From the IMG/VR virus record IMGVR_UViG_3300037400_001617: a DNA stretch of 64,000 nucleotides. One strand, given 5' to 3'. This stretch comes from a virus. Lineage: Duplodnaviria > Caudoviricetes. A program made the translations under genes and the position numbers. Under the pieces are notes generated by a model. That model was not told the origin of the DNA and made no database searches. It was given only the letters and a program-made list of their open reading frames with translations. Below are positions 1 to 8,522 of this stretch, in pieces; position 1 is the first letter of the stretch; every line of letters starts with the position of its first letter.

Positions 1-2
1 AT

Positions 3-812
3 ACAGCACTCAGAGATCGTTATCAGCTTCTCTATAACCACATCGTTGATCCTAACAAGCCTGCTACATTCGAAGCTTGGCTGAAGACAGTTCCTGAAGA
101 TGCAATCGACGATTACTTCTTCGCTGCTTATAAAGCTACATTCGGTGCTGCAAACATTCTTACCTACGAGTGCCCTAAGGACGGATGCGACAACGTATTC
201 CTTAAGGAAGTACCTGTTATGTCCATGATCAAGTATAAGAACGATGCTGTTAAGAAGGAGTATCTCGATCTTCTCCACAACGGCAAGCTCAACATCTCGA
301 AAGATACTTACTCTGCTGGACTCTTCCAGGTCAGCGATGAGTACGTGTTCGCTCTCAAGACTCCTACACTCTACGAGAGAGTATTCGAGCCTACACTTCT
401 CGACTCTCAGATTCTTGAGACTTATGGTCAGCTCATTACACTCATCACTTATATCGACGAAATCTATGTAATCGATCAGGCTAACAACAAGCTTATTCCT
501 ATCGACATGCAGCCTGTTCATACAGATCCTCGTAAGACTGTAAGAAGACGTATCAAGACATGTGCTTCTATCATCAGAACACTTACATCTGATCAGCTTC
601 AGACACTTACTGTCGAGACAGACAAGTATGATAAGCCCGATTCAAAGAGAAATCGTAACGACGATGACGACGAAGACACAACACCCGAGATCCAGTACAT
701 TTATCCTGAGTGTGAGTGTCCTAAGTGCAGGATCAAGATCAAGGAAGCAGTAGCTGATCCTGTCGACATGCTTTTTACACGTCATCAGCTGGGAGTTTAT
801 CAGCGGATATAA
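3..812 (+). CDS. 5'-truncated baseplate hub/tail assembly chaperone-like protein (T4 gp26-like)
   Basis: Frame is open from position 3 (TALRDRYQLLYNHIVD...YECPKDGCDNVF...), so the gene starts before the window. It has two Cys clusters (CPKDGC, CECPKC) and a C-terminal MLFTR end, as in jumbo-phage gp26-like proteins. Confidence 0.55.
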   Translation, partial: TALRDRYQLLYNHIVDPNKPATFEAWLKTVPEDAIDDYFFAAYKATFGAANILTYECPKDGCDNVFLKEVPVMSMIKYKNDAVKKEYLDLLHNGKLNISKDTYSAGLFQVSDEYVFALKTPTLYERVFEPTLLDSQILETYGQLITLITYIDEIYVIDQANNKLIPIDMQPVHTDPRKTVRRRIKTCASIIRTLTSDQLQTLTVETDKYDKPDSKRNRNDDDDEDTTPEIQYIYPECECPKCRIKIKEAVADPVDMLFTRHQLGVYQRI

Positions 813-862
813 GAAGAGCCGAACGGCTTACTAATAATGTATACAAGGGGAGGATATCGTTC

Positions 863-1009
863 ATGGAACTCATGACGATGCCTCCTGCTTGGTTCAATGT
901 TCTTTACATGATCGCTATTGAGAGACAAGAACAGCATGCTAAAGAATTGGCTGAGCAAGCCCAAGCTGATGCAATAGAAGAAGCAATTGAGGAAGGAGGA
1001 GCTATGTAA
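863..1009 (+). CDS. 48-aa protein MELMTMPPAWFNVLY...; possible frameshift extension of the upstream chaperone
   Basis: SD AAGGGGAGG at 845-853. The frame is open from 758 to TAA at 1007-1009. The ELMTMP motif resembles tail chaperone GT extensions. Not in the ORF track (<60 aa). Confidence 0.55.
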   Translation: MELMTMPPAWFNVLYMIAIERQEQHAKELAEQAQADAIEEAIEEGGAM

Positions 1010-1010
1010 G

Positions 1011-1352
1011 ATGTGTATGATGGACATCTTAAGTCACTCTAAGAAAACTGCTTTAGATAACAAGGTTGATGTAGCGTACTATATCATCAACTATATCGAT
1101 CACGAGCTGATTACTTTCAATCTCATCAATCAGCTTGATAGAGAGTGTATAGATACCAAGATAGACACAGATGGTATCATCACTGTCACTTTCAAGACTA
1201 ACTCTACAGAAGACTATGAGTCCTTCAAGTCAGAGCTCTCTTCTCTGATCGAGAGTAATCCTACAGTAGAAGTATCAGGCAGTTTCTATAACCTAGCCTT
1301 GACAAATATCGAGAATGAAGTAGGAGTGACTATCTCCCCCTATACTACATGA
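1011..1352 (+). CDS. hypothetical protein
   Basis: ORF 987..1352; SD AAGGAGGA at about 993-1000 favours the ATG at 1011. Confidence 0.7.
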   Translation: MCMMDILSHSKKTALDNKVDVAYYIINYIDHELITFNLINQLDRECIDTKIDTDGIITVTFKTNSTEDYESFKSELSSLIESNPTVEVSGSFYNLALTNIENEVGVTISPYTT

Positions 1353-1366
1353 TCGTTCATATAGAA

Positions 1367-1394
1367 GGTCCAGTGGAGTAAAATCCACTGGATT
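1367..1394 (+). terminator. GTGGA/TCCAC hairpin, probable terminator
   Basis: GGTCCAGTGGA-GTAAAA-TCCACTGGATT inverted repeat after the stop codon. Confidence 0.6.
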
Positions 1395-1404
1395 GCCTTT
1401 GTGA

Positions 1405-1416
1405 AACATCTATATA
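1405..1416 (+). promoter_or_regulatory. AR9-like late promoter AACA-N6-TA
   Basis: AACA tctata TA upstream of the SD of 1438; the same motif recurs at over 20 intergenic sites. Confidence 0.7.
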
Positions 1417-1437
1417 ATTACGAAAGGAGGAATTTGA

Positions 1438-2649
1438 ATGAGCGGTAAGTTTATCAATAAATCCTATGTTAACACAATAGATGCCTTACAGCAAGGCCAA
1501 GTGAACAGGGTCAAGAATGCGAACTACCTCTTTAACGATAAAAAGCCAGTCATATCAGACTGGTATAATATGAACTCTACTGGCACTACATTCGATGAAG
1601 GTACTAGAGCAGAGTATGCTAGACTTAGTCATGCGTCTCCTATAAGATACAATAAGATTACTGGAGCTGTATTCTATGCTAGCGGAATCAAGCTTGCTAT
1701 GGATGTAGACTTCAATGAAGACGGTCTTGGACTTGCTTCTCAACCTGCTATATCTGGTACAGTACTTCCTAATACGTGGATCCCATATGCTGGAGACTAC
1801 TTCTCGATTCAACACGCTGGAAAGGAGTGGCTGTACAAGGTTACTGCTACATCGTTTGATACTATAGACAATGGTAACAACGTCTATAGCTTTGAGGCTA
1901 TGCTGGACAACTACGGTATAGATGAGATCGAGAGACAAGTAGTAGAGAGATACAAGTTTGTAGTAAACAATATTGGTACAAACTACTCTGTCGTTATCAA
2001 AGAAGAATCATACGATGCTATAGAGACTCTTGATAATCTTCTTTCCCAAATCAAGACGTACTTTGTAGCTCTGTTCTTCAAGGAAGCACTTCAGACCTTT
2101 GTGTATCCTGGAAAGTATGGAGAAGTCTATGATCCTTATATGATAGAGTTCCTTATGAGACATTCTATCCTTACTGGATCTGATCCATATATCTATGTCT
2201 CACAAGCTATACAAGTACCACAGACAATGATATTAGACTACGACAAGACTTTCTTCAAGGCTTTAGAGACTAAGTCTATAGATCGTTTCTGTAATCGTCC
2301 TGCCAATATCAATATCATTGAAGACATCTATAGTCTCTTCCATACTACACTTGTTAAATACTTCAAGGTCGACTATGCAGAGCCCATATTCCAAGGTGGT
2401 TATGCTATACTTGATCCAGTGATGATATCGGATGCTAAGGAAGGTATAGAGCGTCAGAATGATGATCCTAAAGCACTTAACAATATCATCACTCGTTACT
2501 TCCACGATAAACCTCTTGACTCATCGATTTGCGATATCTTTGACAATATAGATTATAAGCCTACGCCATATCTATTCTATGGTCTTCCGATGGCTCTGTT
2601 CTGTATTGAATCCCAGATACGTAATTTGATGAGCAGTTCAACATCTTAG
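1438..2649 (+). CDS. putative virion structural (neck/head-tail connector-like) protein
   Basis: 403 aa, late promoter, SD AAAGGAGG. SPIRYNKI and VLPNTWIPYAGDYF motifs resemble conserved jumbo-phage virion proteins. Confidence 0.55.
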   Translation: MSGKFINKSYVNTIDALQQGQVNRVKNANYLFNDKKPVISDWYNMNSTGTTFDEGTRAEYARLSHASPIRYNKITGAVFYASGIKLAMDVDFNEDGLGLASQPAISGTVLPNTWIPYAGDYFSIQHAGKEWLYKVTATSFDTIDNGNNVYSFEAMLDNYGIDEIERQVVERYKFVVNNIGTNYSVVIKEESYDAIETLDNLLSQIKTYFVALFFKEALQTFVYPGKYGEVYDPYMIEFLMRHSILTGSDPYIYVSQAIQVPQTMILDYDKTFFKALETKSIDRFCNRPANINIIEDIYSLFHTTLVKYFKVDYAEPIFQGGYAILDPVMISDAKEGIERQNDDPKALNNIITRYFHDKPLDSSICDIFDNIDYKPTPYLFYGLPMALFCIESQIRNLMSSSTS

Positions 2650-2651
2650 TA
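2640..2651 (+). promoter_or_regulatory. late promoter
   Basis: AACA tcttag TA. Confidence 0.65.
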
Positions 2652-2679
2652 ACTAAATCCTACTTAAGGAGGGAAAATA

Positions 2680-3102
2680 ATGACTACTGACGTATTAACT
2701 GTAGATGACCTTCTGATTGAAGCGTGTGAAGAAGATGCTGAAATAGAAGAGGGTTACTTCACAGAGAATCTTAAGTTTATACTCGATAGAGATATAGACG
2801 AAGACATCAATAACGGCATGAACTCTATCTTTAATGGAGAGGGTCTTTCACTTGATGAAACTATCATCAATCTTGTTGATCGTCTTGAAACAGAAGTAAA
2901 CGATTCTGAATCTGGAGAAGCTAAACTTTACATAGCACCTGAAGATATACATGATCCAATCGAAGATGAGCTTCCTGGAAAGTTCAGTTCATCACTTTAC
3001 GATTGGGTAGACGAAGACGATCCTAACCAAGAGAGTGCTTGGTATGGAAATGATTCTGGTGACTACAATGTTGGATATGACTCTATATTCGGCGATAACT
3101 AA
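2680..3102 (+). CDS. highly acidic hypothetical protein
   Basis: 140 aa, D/E-rich, SD AAGGAGG, late promoter. Confidence 0.8.
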   Translation: MTTDVLTVDDLLIEACEEDAEIEEGYFTENLKFILDRDIDEDINNGMNSIFNGEGLSLDETIINLVDRLETEVNDSESGEAKLYIAPEDIHDPIEDELPGKFSSSLYDWVDEDDPNQESAWYGNDSGDYNVGYDSIFGDN

Positions 3103-3116
3103 AGGAGGTACTAACA

Positions 3117-3491
3117 ATGGACGAATACATCAGAGATATCATAGACAGTAGACGTTCTCTTATTGTAGAACGTGCTGTGGATGAAGACCTTCAGGCTGAG
3201 AAAGAACTCAGTATTGAAGTCAATACTCTTGCTGGCAAGTTCGTAGACGGCTTTATAACCCAGGAAGAAATAGATAGCTGTCAGCTTACTGAAGAGGAGC
3301 TTAACAGCACACTCGACGACATCATAGATGATGCTGAAGCAAACGAACTCGCTTTATATGAACCTGAGACCTTCTCCGACGATGACGGAGAACTTTCAGA
3401 TATCAATGCTATACTTGACTCAGACATAGATCCTGAGCTTCTCGAGCTGGATGATGATGAGTCTATGTATTGCGAACCAAGCGTAGACTAA
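3117..3491 (+). CDS. highly acidic hypothetical protein
   Basis: 124 aa, D/E-rich, SD AAAGGAGGT. Confidence 0.8.
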   Translation: MDEYIRDIIDSRRSLIVERAVDEDLQAEKELSIEVNTLAGKFVDGFITQEEIDSCQLTEEELNSTLDDIIDDAEANELALYEPETFSDDDGELSDINAILDSDIDPELLELDDDESMYCEPSVD

Positions 3492-3506
3492 GGAGGTACA
3501 TGAAAC

Positions 3507-4028
3507 ATGAATATCATAAAAAAGAAGTGTATGCTCATTACACCTTGTAATGTCACATTCAGGACATCAAGCGGTAAAGAGATCAAGCCCAATACAAAGA
3601 GTATCGAATTCGTATTGACTAAGGAAATACTTGTAGCTATGAACAGCGGCATCAGAGTATTCGAGATCGGCTCAGACGGTAAGCAGGTTCAGCTTAATAA
3701 GAGCAACTTCGATAAGATCAATGTTCTTATGAACTATGATGAGACGGCAGAGGAGAAGGAAGCTCCTACAGAGGTGCCTGTTGGTCCTGTTAAGATTACA
3801 CCAGCATGGTTGAAGGGTGAAACAGATCATCCTGCAGAAGATAAGCCTAAGGAAGAGGAGACTGTAGATCCTGCAGAAGAGGAGTCACCTTCTGAGGAAG
3901 ATGAGGAAATCGACATGACCCCTCAGGAAGATCCTGAAGCTAAGTACTACGATACTGATTCCGATTCAAAGGACGACTGCGATGAGGAAAAAGAAAACGG
4001 CGAAGACGACGAATTCAACGTTGACTAA
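3507..4028 (+). CDS. hypothetical protein with acidic disordered tail
   Basis: 173 aa, SD AAGGAGGT. Confidence 0.8.
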   Translation: MNIIKKKCMLITPCNVTFRTSSGKEIKPNTKSIEFVLTKEILVAMNSGIRVFEIGSDGKQVQLNKSNFDKINVLMNYDETAEEKEAPTEVPVGPVKITPAWLKGETDHPAEDKPKEEETVDPAEEESPSEEDEEIDMTPQEDPEAKYYDTDSDSKDDCDEEKENGEDDEFNVD

Positions 4029-4038
4029 TCTGCTCGAC

Positions 4039-4074
4039 AAAAAAGAACACTGGGTTTGATCCCAGTGTTCTTTT
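4039..4074. terminator. bidirectional intrinsic terminator
   Basis: AAAAAAGAACACTGGG-TTTGAT-CCCAGTGTTCTTTT. Confidence 0.8.
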
Positions 4075-4084
4075 CTTACTGTGC

Positions 4085-4153
4085 TTAGACTTGGACTTGT
4101 AGCACGTCTTCTGATGGAAATGCATATCCACCACAAGTTTCAAAATCGTCCAT
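4085..4153 (-). CDS. 22-aa small ORF MDDFETCGGYAFPSEDVLQVQV in a structured early transcript
   Basis: Strong SD AAGAAAGGAGGT on the minus strand (about 4163-4174), early motif at 4248-4255, terminator at 4039-4074. Confidence 0.45.
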   Translation of the reverse strand: MDDFETCGGYAFPSEDVLQVQV

Positions 4154-4247
4154 TTTTAGCACACCTCCTTTCTTGTTAGCTATATGTCCCCTTTAAGGAG
4201 GTAGGGGATATATAAGACTACAGAATTCATTTTCTGTAGACATCTTA

Positions 4248-4255
4248 ATAATATA
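4248..4255 (-). promoter_or_regulatory. early promoter motif TATATTAT
   Basis: Plus-strand ATAATATA; same motif as at 6089, 9245, 19756, 24501, 42562 and 57563. Confidence 0.55.
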
Positions 4256-4277
4256 TGCTTCTAAATGCGTACTTTAA

Positions 4278-4302
4278 CGACGGTGGGATTTCCCCACCGT
4301 CG
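4278..4302 (-). terminator. hairpin terminating the RNAP gene
   Basis: CGACGGTGGG-ATTTC-CCCACCGTCG directly after the stop of 4310..6013. Confidence 0.65.
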
Positions 4303-4309
4303 ATTTAAA

Positions 4310-6013
4310 TTAGAATACTGGGTCGATAGGCTTGAATGATGGATCAGGCTGTATAGTGAGGCTATATAGATTCATGATACATTCCTTCGTTACATTACGA
4401 GGACTTATACCATCCATACCTATAAGGTTGATCTTGCTATTTGCAGCTTTCTCCAGTTCAGCATTAGCTTCGATAGTATAGATACCCTTAACTATAGCGG
4501 TATCTCCATCGAAGTCCATACCCATTACATCTATATTACCATTAGAGATAGTAAGAGTTGGAGAGAAGAGAGCAGCGGTGTTTCTTCCGAGATCTTCAGA
4601 TCTGATCTTAGGCCACCACTTATACACTTTACCATCCATCATAACAGGCTCAGTTTCATTAGTAGACTTGATGTTTATCTTGGAAGGATACTGGTTAAGG
4701 TAACGGTCTATAGGGAATCGAGTAATCAGACACATCTTATCTGCAGTCATCTCACATGCAGCAAGATAGAAGAGATCACACCATGTCATAGGTCTTTCTA
4801 TAAGAGGATAGCCTGAATAATCCTTCTGGTCATCTATATGCTCAGATGTAACTTTTCTTCCTTTAAATACTATGAACGGAGTATCTGATGTAGTTTTAAG
4901 TTTCTTCTCTTTCACCATCTTAGCCCATTCAGCTTTATCTATGGGAACTGGTATAGGCTGGAAACGGTTAGAGTATCCATGAACAAATCTCTCTATCTGT
5001 TTCACTATCTCCGTATCAGAGAACATGATCTGATAGTCTTCTATAGGAACAGATATCTCACCACTCGGACCAGTCATGGAATACATAGTCTTACCACCGA
5101 ATTCGTTCTCAAAGAAACGTCTACAGTAGTAGATGATGAATGGCTGGAAGAGTACTATAGCAGCCTCAAGAGGGCATGCTGCATGGTCCATATCAACCAT
5201 GAGGTCTTCTATGTTTTCAACCTTCAGATTGGCAGCAGACATAACAAGACGTACACTATAGTCTACAGTCTTGTACATGACACCCTTCTTTATAATGCCA
5301 GTCTTTCCAGGTAAGTTACCACCAGTTTCTTCACCATTGATTACTGTACCTGCACCGAACCAATCATAGATCTGTTTCAGTGTAACTTGTATTCTACCCT
5401 TAGTAGCATCTGCAAGACTTAGTCCATACTCAGCAGTTTCTCTGAGTGCTTTGGTCGCAATGATAAGAGAGCTGTAGAGCTTATTGATTTCTCCGACGCC
5501 TATACTAGCCTGCTTAGTATCAACGTCTCTATAGTATGGCGGTATAACGGGGCATTTCTTAACCCACATCTGGCTCTTGACTTTGTCAAGAAACTTAATC
5601 TTTGTAGCTCTGTCTTTAGAACTGGATTCTTTGGCAGACCAGTCTATCTTATCGTAGTTTGCTTTGAACCAATTCAGACCAGTATTACCTTCAGGGTCTT
5701 TAACCAATTGTCCTTTAGCATCAATAGAGAAGTTCTCGGTTCCGTGTACTATAGCCTCTACCTTCTTATCTAGAGTACAGAGTATCTTATAGACCAGAGG
5801 ATTGAGGAACCATTCGCCAAGATCTATATATGCATAGATACCAGCTCTTTCAGCTTTAGTAATACCGAAGATCTCATTAGACAGAAGTCCATCTGGTGCT
5901 GGAGTCGGACCGTTAAAGAATACAGGGTTAGTGATCTCTTTACAGTCATTGGCTCTGACAAAGCGTTCTACGTCTAATATACTTATATCGAAATGATTAG
6001 TAGATGAACTCAT
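4310..6013 (-). CDS. multisubunit RNA polymerase beta-prime subunit, N-terminal half (probably virion RNAP)
   Basis: DGLLSNEIFG, PVIPPYYRD, KTVDYSVRLV, TRFP and catalytic GMDFDGD motifs. The late promoter fits a virion-packaged RNAP. Confidence 0.9.
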   Translation of the reverse strand: MSSSTNHFDISILDVERFVRANDCKEITNPVFFNGPTPAPDGLLSNEIFGITKAERAGIYAYIDLGEWFLNPLVYKILCTLDKKVEAIVHGTENFSIDAKGQLVKDPEGNTGLNWFKANYDKIDWSAKESSSKDRATKIKFLDKVKSQMWVKKCPVIPPYYRDVDTKQASIGVGEINKLYSSLIIATKALRETAEYGLSLADATKGRIQVTLKQIYDWFGAGTVINGEETGGNLPGKTGIIKKGVMYKTVDYSVRLVMSAANLKVENIEDLMVDMDHAACPLEAAIVLFQPFIIYYCRRFFENEFGGKTMYSMTGPSGEISVPIEDYQIMFSDTEIVKQIERFVHGYSNRFQPIPVPIDKAEWAKMVKEKKLKTTSDTPFIVFKGRKVTSEHIDDQKDYSGYPLIERPMTWCDLFYLAACEMTADKMCLITRFPIDRYLNQYPSKINIKSTNETEPVMMDGKVYKWWPKIRSEDLGRNTAALFSPTLTISNGNIDVMGMDFDGDTAIVKGIYTIEANAELEKAANSKINLIGMDGISPRNVTKECIMNLYSLTIQPDPSFKPIDPVF

Positions 6014-6039
6014 TGTAGTACCTCCTTAAGTAAGTTGAT

Positions 6040-6051
6040 TATAGAATGGTT
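6040..6051 (-). promoter_or_regulatory. late promoter
   Basis: Minus strand AACC attcta TA. Confidence 0.65.
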
Positions 6052-6088
6052 CATGCTTTAGAATCAGGTTCAAATGCAAGTACGACTA

Positions 6089-6096
6089 TATATTAT
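6089..6096 (+). promoter_or_regulatory. early promoter motif TATATTAT
   Basis: Upstream of the monocistronic gene at 6166. Confidence 0.65.
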
Positions 6097-6165
6097 AAAG
6101 GTGTACAAGAGAGTTAGTGATTCAATGCTCTTGAGTACTAAATACATTATTAAGGAGGATCTATT

Positions 6166-6402
6166 ATGATCAATGGTTACAACACGCAACTCCCGTCAAG
6201 AGAGGCTAAGATGACAGGACAGCCTGTCAGTCTCGAAAGCGTGATGAATGAATTCACATTCATCACTACATCAATCAACGCTGGCTATTTGTCAGCAAAA
6301 GACCCTGCAGTTCAGAAGAGGATAAGAGAACTGCAGCATGATATCACTCATCTGCAGAACGCATATCATCAGGCAGCAAATATGGGCCTGATACAGCGCT
6401 AA
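6166..6402 (+). CDS. small early hypothetical protein
   Basis: 78 aa, SD TAAGGAGG, own early motif and terminator. Confidence 0.8.
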   Translation: MINGYNTQLPSREAKMTGQPVSLESVMNEFTFITTSINAGYLSAKDPAVQKRIRELQHDITHLQNAYHQAANMGLIQR

Positions 6403-6420
6403 GTAGTAGCGCAACCTCCT

Positions 6421-6456
6421 TGATCGGTCCACTGCCCCGTGGACCGATTATTTTTT
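6421..6456 (+). terminator. intrinsic terminator
   Basis: TGATCGGTCCAC-TGCCCC-GTGGACCGATTA then TTTTTT. Confidence 0.8.
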
Positions 6457-6501
6457 GTCGTAGAACATCACTATAATTACACACCCTTGAAAGGAGGACT
6501 C

Positions 6502-7935
6502 ATGATGGGTAGACATTATAGATGTATATACTGCTCTAAGTCTCTTGATAGAGACAAGCTTGTAACCCATATGGAGAAGGAACACTCTGATATGCTTAAT
6601 CCTGATAAGGGATTTACTGCTAATCATGTAGTGTTCGATATATGTAACAACAAACAGCCTGTAGGAGATGCTCGTGGAGTTTGTAGAATCTGTAAGGCTC
6701 CTACTATGTGGAACGAGAAAACTGTTCGTTACGATGCTTTCTGTTCTGATCGCTGTAAATCTGTCGCCAGACAAAATGCAGTGAAGAACATGATGAAAGT
6801 ATATAACAAACCCACTCTTCTCAATGATATGGATCATCAGGAGAAGATGCTCGCCAATAGATCAATCTCTGGTAAGTACAGATGGTCTGACGGAACATAC
6901 AAAACTTACGTAGGAAACTATGAGAAGAAGTTCCTCGAGTTTTGCGATGGGGTCCTTGGAATGGACTCATCAGACCTCGTAACACCTGGTCCTACTTTAA
7001 AGTATGAACATAATGGTGAAGAACACGTCTGGATCACTGATGCTCTTTATCTCCCTTATAACCTCGTCTTTGACATTAAGGATGGTGGAGATAACAAGAA
7101 CACCAGAGAGATGCCAGAGTACCGATCTAAACAAATTGCTAAAGAAAAGATGATTACTGATCAAGGCGAGTATAGCTATATTAGGCTTACTAATAACGAG
7201 TTTGTTCAACTGCTCGATATATTCGCTGAGCTCAAAAAGATCAGCATGGAACCTGATCCGCATACTATATCCAGGATCCATGAAAGCCTGATTGGAGGTG
7301 CACTTCCTCCTGCAGGTGCTACGGATGTTAATCCACACCCTTACCTGTTGAACTATCATACCTTTGCAGGTGGTGATGAGGGCTATGCTCTCTGCAACGA
7401 TATAGCTTCAGATTGTTGTCTGACAGTGGATGATAACGGTAAGATCAAGAAGAAGAACACCAAGAAGCTCCTAGCTCAGAAGGAATGTATTGTATATAAG
7501 TACAAGGGCACTAACGGAGAACAGATCATGAGAGAAGCCTATTCAAAGTACAAGTCTCAAAAGACTGTAAGAATGGACTACTTTGCTAAGTTGGTATCTG
7601 AGATGTCTGACATATTAACGCCAGACCAACTCGACTACTCCCCAGTCCTTGAACAAGTTTCTATATCTTCACTCGGAGAGAAGTTCACATCTCTTTGTGT
7701 TACCATAGAAACTGCAGTAAACGAACTAGTTGGTAACAGAACTCTCTCTGTACCAGTAGTAGATCCATACAAGATGGAACAGTGTCGACACATACTGAGA
7801 AACTATAAGAATCTCGTCGTGAAAGAATGTGTCGATGGTGGATACTATGTGGAGAACACCATATCGAAAACCAGGTCTAGACTCATCGATTCTATAGAGG
7901 ATATCGACAAATCCCTCTTAGATTCAGTGAGCTAA
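6502..7935 (+). CDS. Zn-finger plus PD-(D/E)XK (TnsA/T4 gp4-like) nuclease, possible head-completion protein
   Basis: CIYC..H...H zinc finger, CRIC..FCSDRC, then YE...ITD...LVFDIKDGG nuclease motif. Late promoter at 6464-6475; SD AAAGGAGG before ATG 6502. Confidence 0.6.
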   Translation: MMGRHYRCIYCSKSLDRDKLVTHMEKEHSDMLNPDKGFTANHVVFDICNNKQPVGDARGVCRICKAPTMWNEKTVRYDAFCSDRCKSVARQNAVKNMMKVYNKPTLLNDMDHQEKMLANRSISGKYRWSDGTYKTYVGNYEKKFLEFCDGVLGMDSSDLVTPGPTLKYEHNGEEHVWITDALYLPYNLVFDIKDGGDNKNTREMPEYRSKQIAKEKMITDQGEYSYIRLTNNEFVQLLDIFAELKKISMEPDPHTISRIHESLIGGALPPAGATDVNPHPYLLNYHTFAGGDEGYALCNDIASDCCLTVDDNGKIKKKNTKKLLAQKECIVYKYKGTNGEQIMREAYSKYKSQKTVRMDYFAKLVSEMSDILTPDQLDYSPVLEQVSISSLGEKFTSLCVTIETAVNELVGNRTLSVPVVDPYKMEQCRHILRNYKNLVVKECVDGGYYVENTISKTRSRLIDSIEDIDKSLLDSVS

Positions 7936-7974
7936 ACATATAAGTAAAATCTACAACCCGAAGGAGGTTACATT

Positions 7975-8442
7975 ATGAACTTAAGCACAATGATTCTTCA
8001 GGAAGCTTCTAAGGCAGATCAGAAGATTCTTGATGATATCGAAAGAGATCAGATAGCACATGACTACCAGGATACTTTGGCTGGTCTGGCTACAGTAGGA
8101 AGTATCACTTTCCCAGCATCAGAAGTCCCGATCATAAAGGACGAATGTGGTGAGTGTGGAGAGTGCGGCGAATGTAATGAGAGCTACATGGTAGAGTACG
8201 ACATGCTCTATAAGTTCATGGAAGCTAACAATATCGACGAAGAGTACGAAGCTCATGCAGCACTGTGTGAGGAGTACTCACTTGAACAGGCTCAGCTTGT
8301 AGTAGTTGCAGAATGCGACGAAGTAAACAAGGGCCTTCTTAATAATGCACTTAAGACTGGAGAACTCGGCGTAGCAAGACGTTATTGCTCAGGTCTCTGC
8401 AATCTTCTCAATCACGGAATCCGTGTAATGAAGAAGGGTTAA
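7975..8442 (+). CDS. late hypothetical protein with (ECG)3-EC repeat
   Basis: 155 aa, late promoter at 7935-7946, SD GAAGGAGGT. Confidence 0.8.
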   Translation: MNLSTMILQEASKADQKILDDIERDQIAHDYQDTLAGLATVGSITFPASEVPIIKDECGECGECGECNESYMVEYDMLYKFMEANNIDEEYEAHAALCEEYSLEQAQLVVVAECDEVNKGLLNNALKTGELGVARRYCSGLCNLLNHGIRVMKKG

Positions 8443-8522
8443 TTATTACACTAACGGCGACATCATAGTAGGGACCAAGGGTGGTTGCCCTTGGTCCAAT
8501 TCTATGCCTAGGAGGAATCTAT

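Noticed and set aside
6502-7935. Tn7-like transposon suggested by the TnsA-like motif
   Set aside because: No tnsB/tnsC or terminal repeats; the gene has a late phage promoter and fits a resident phage nuclease.
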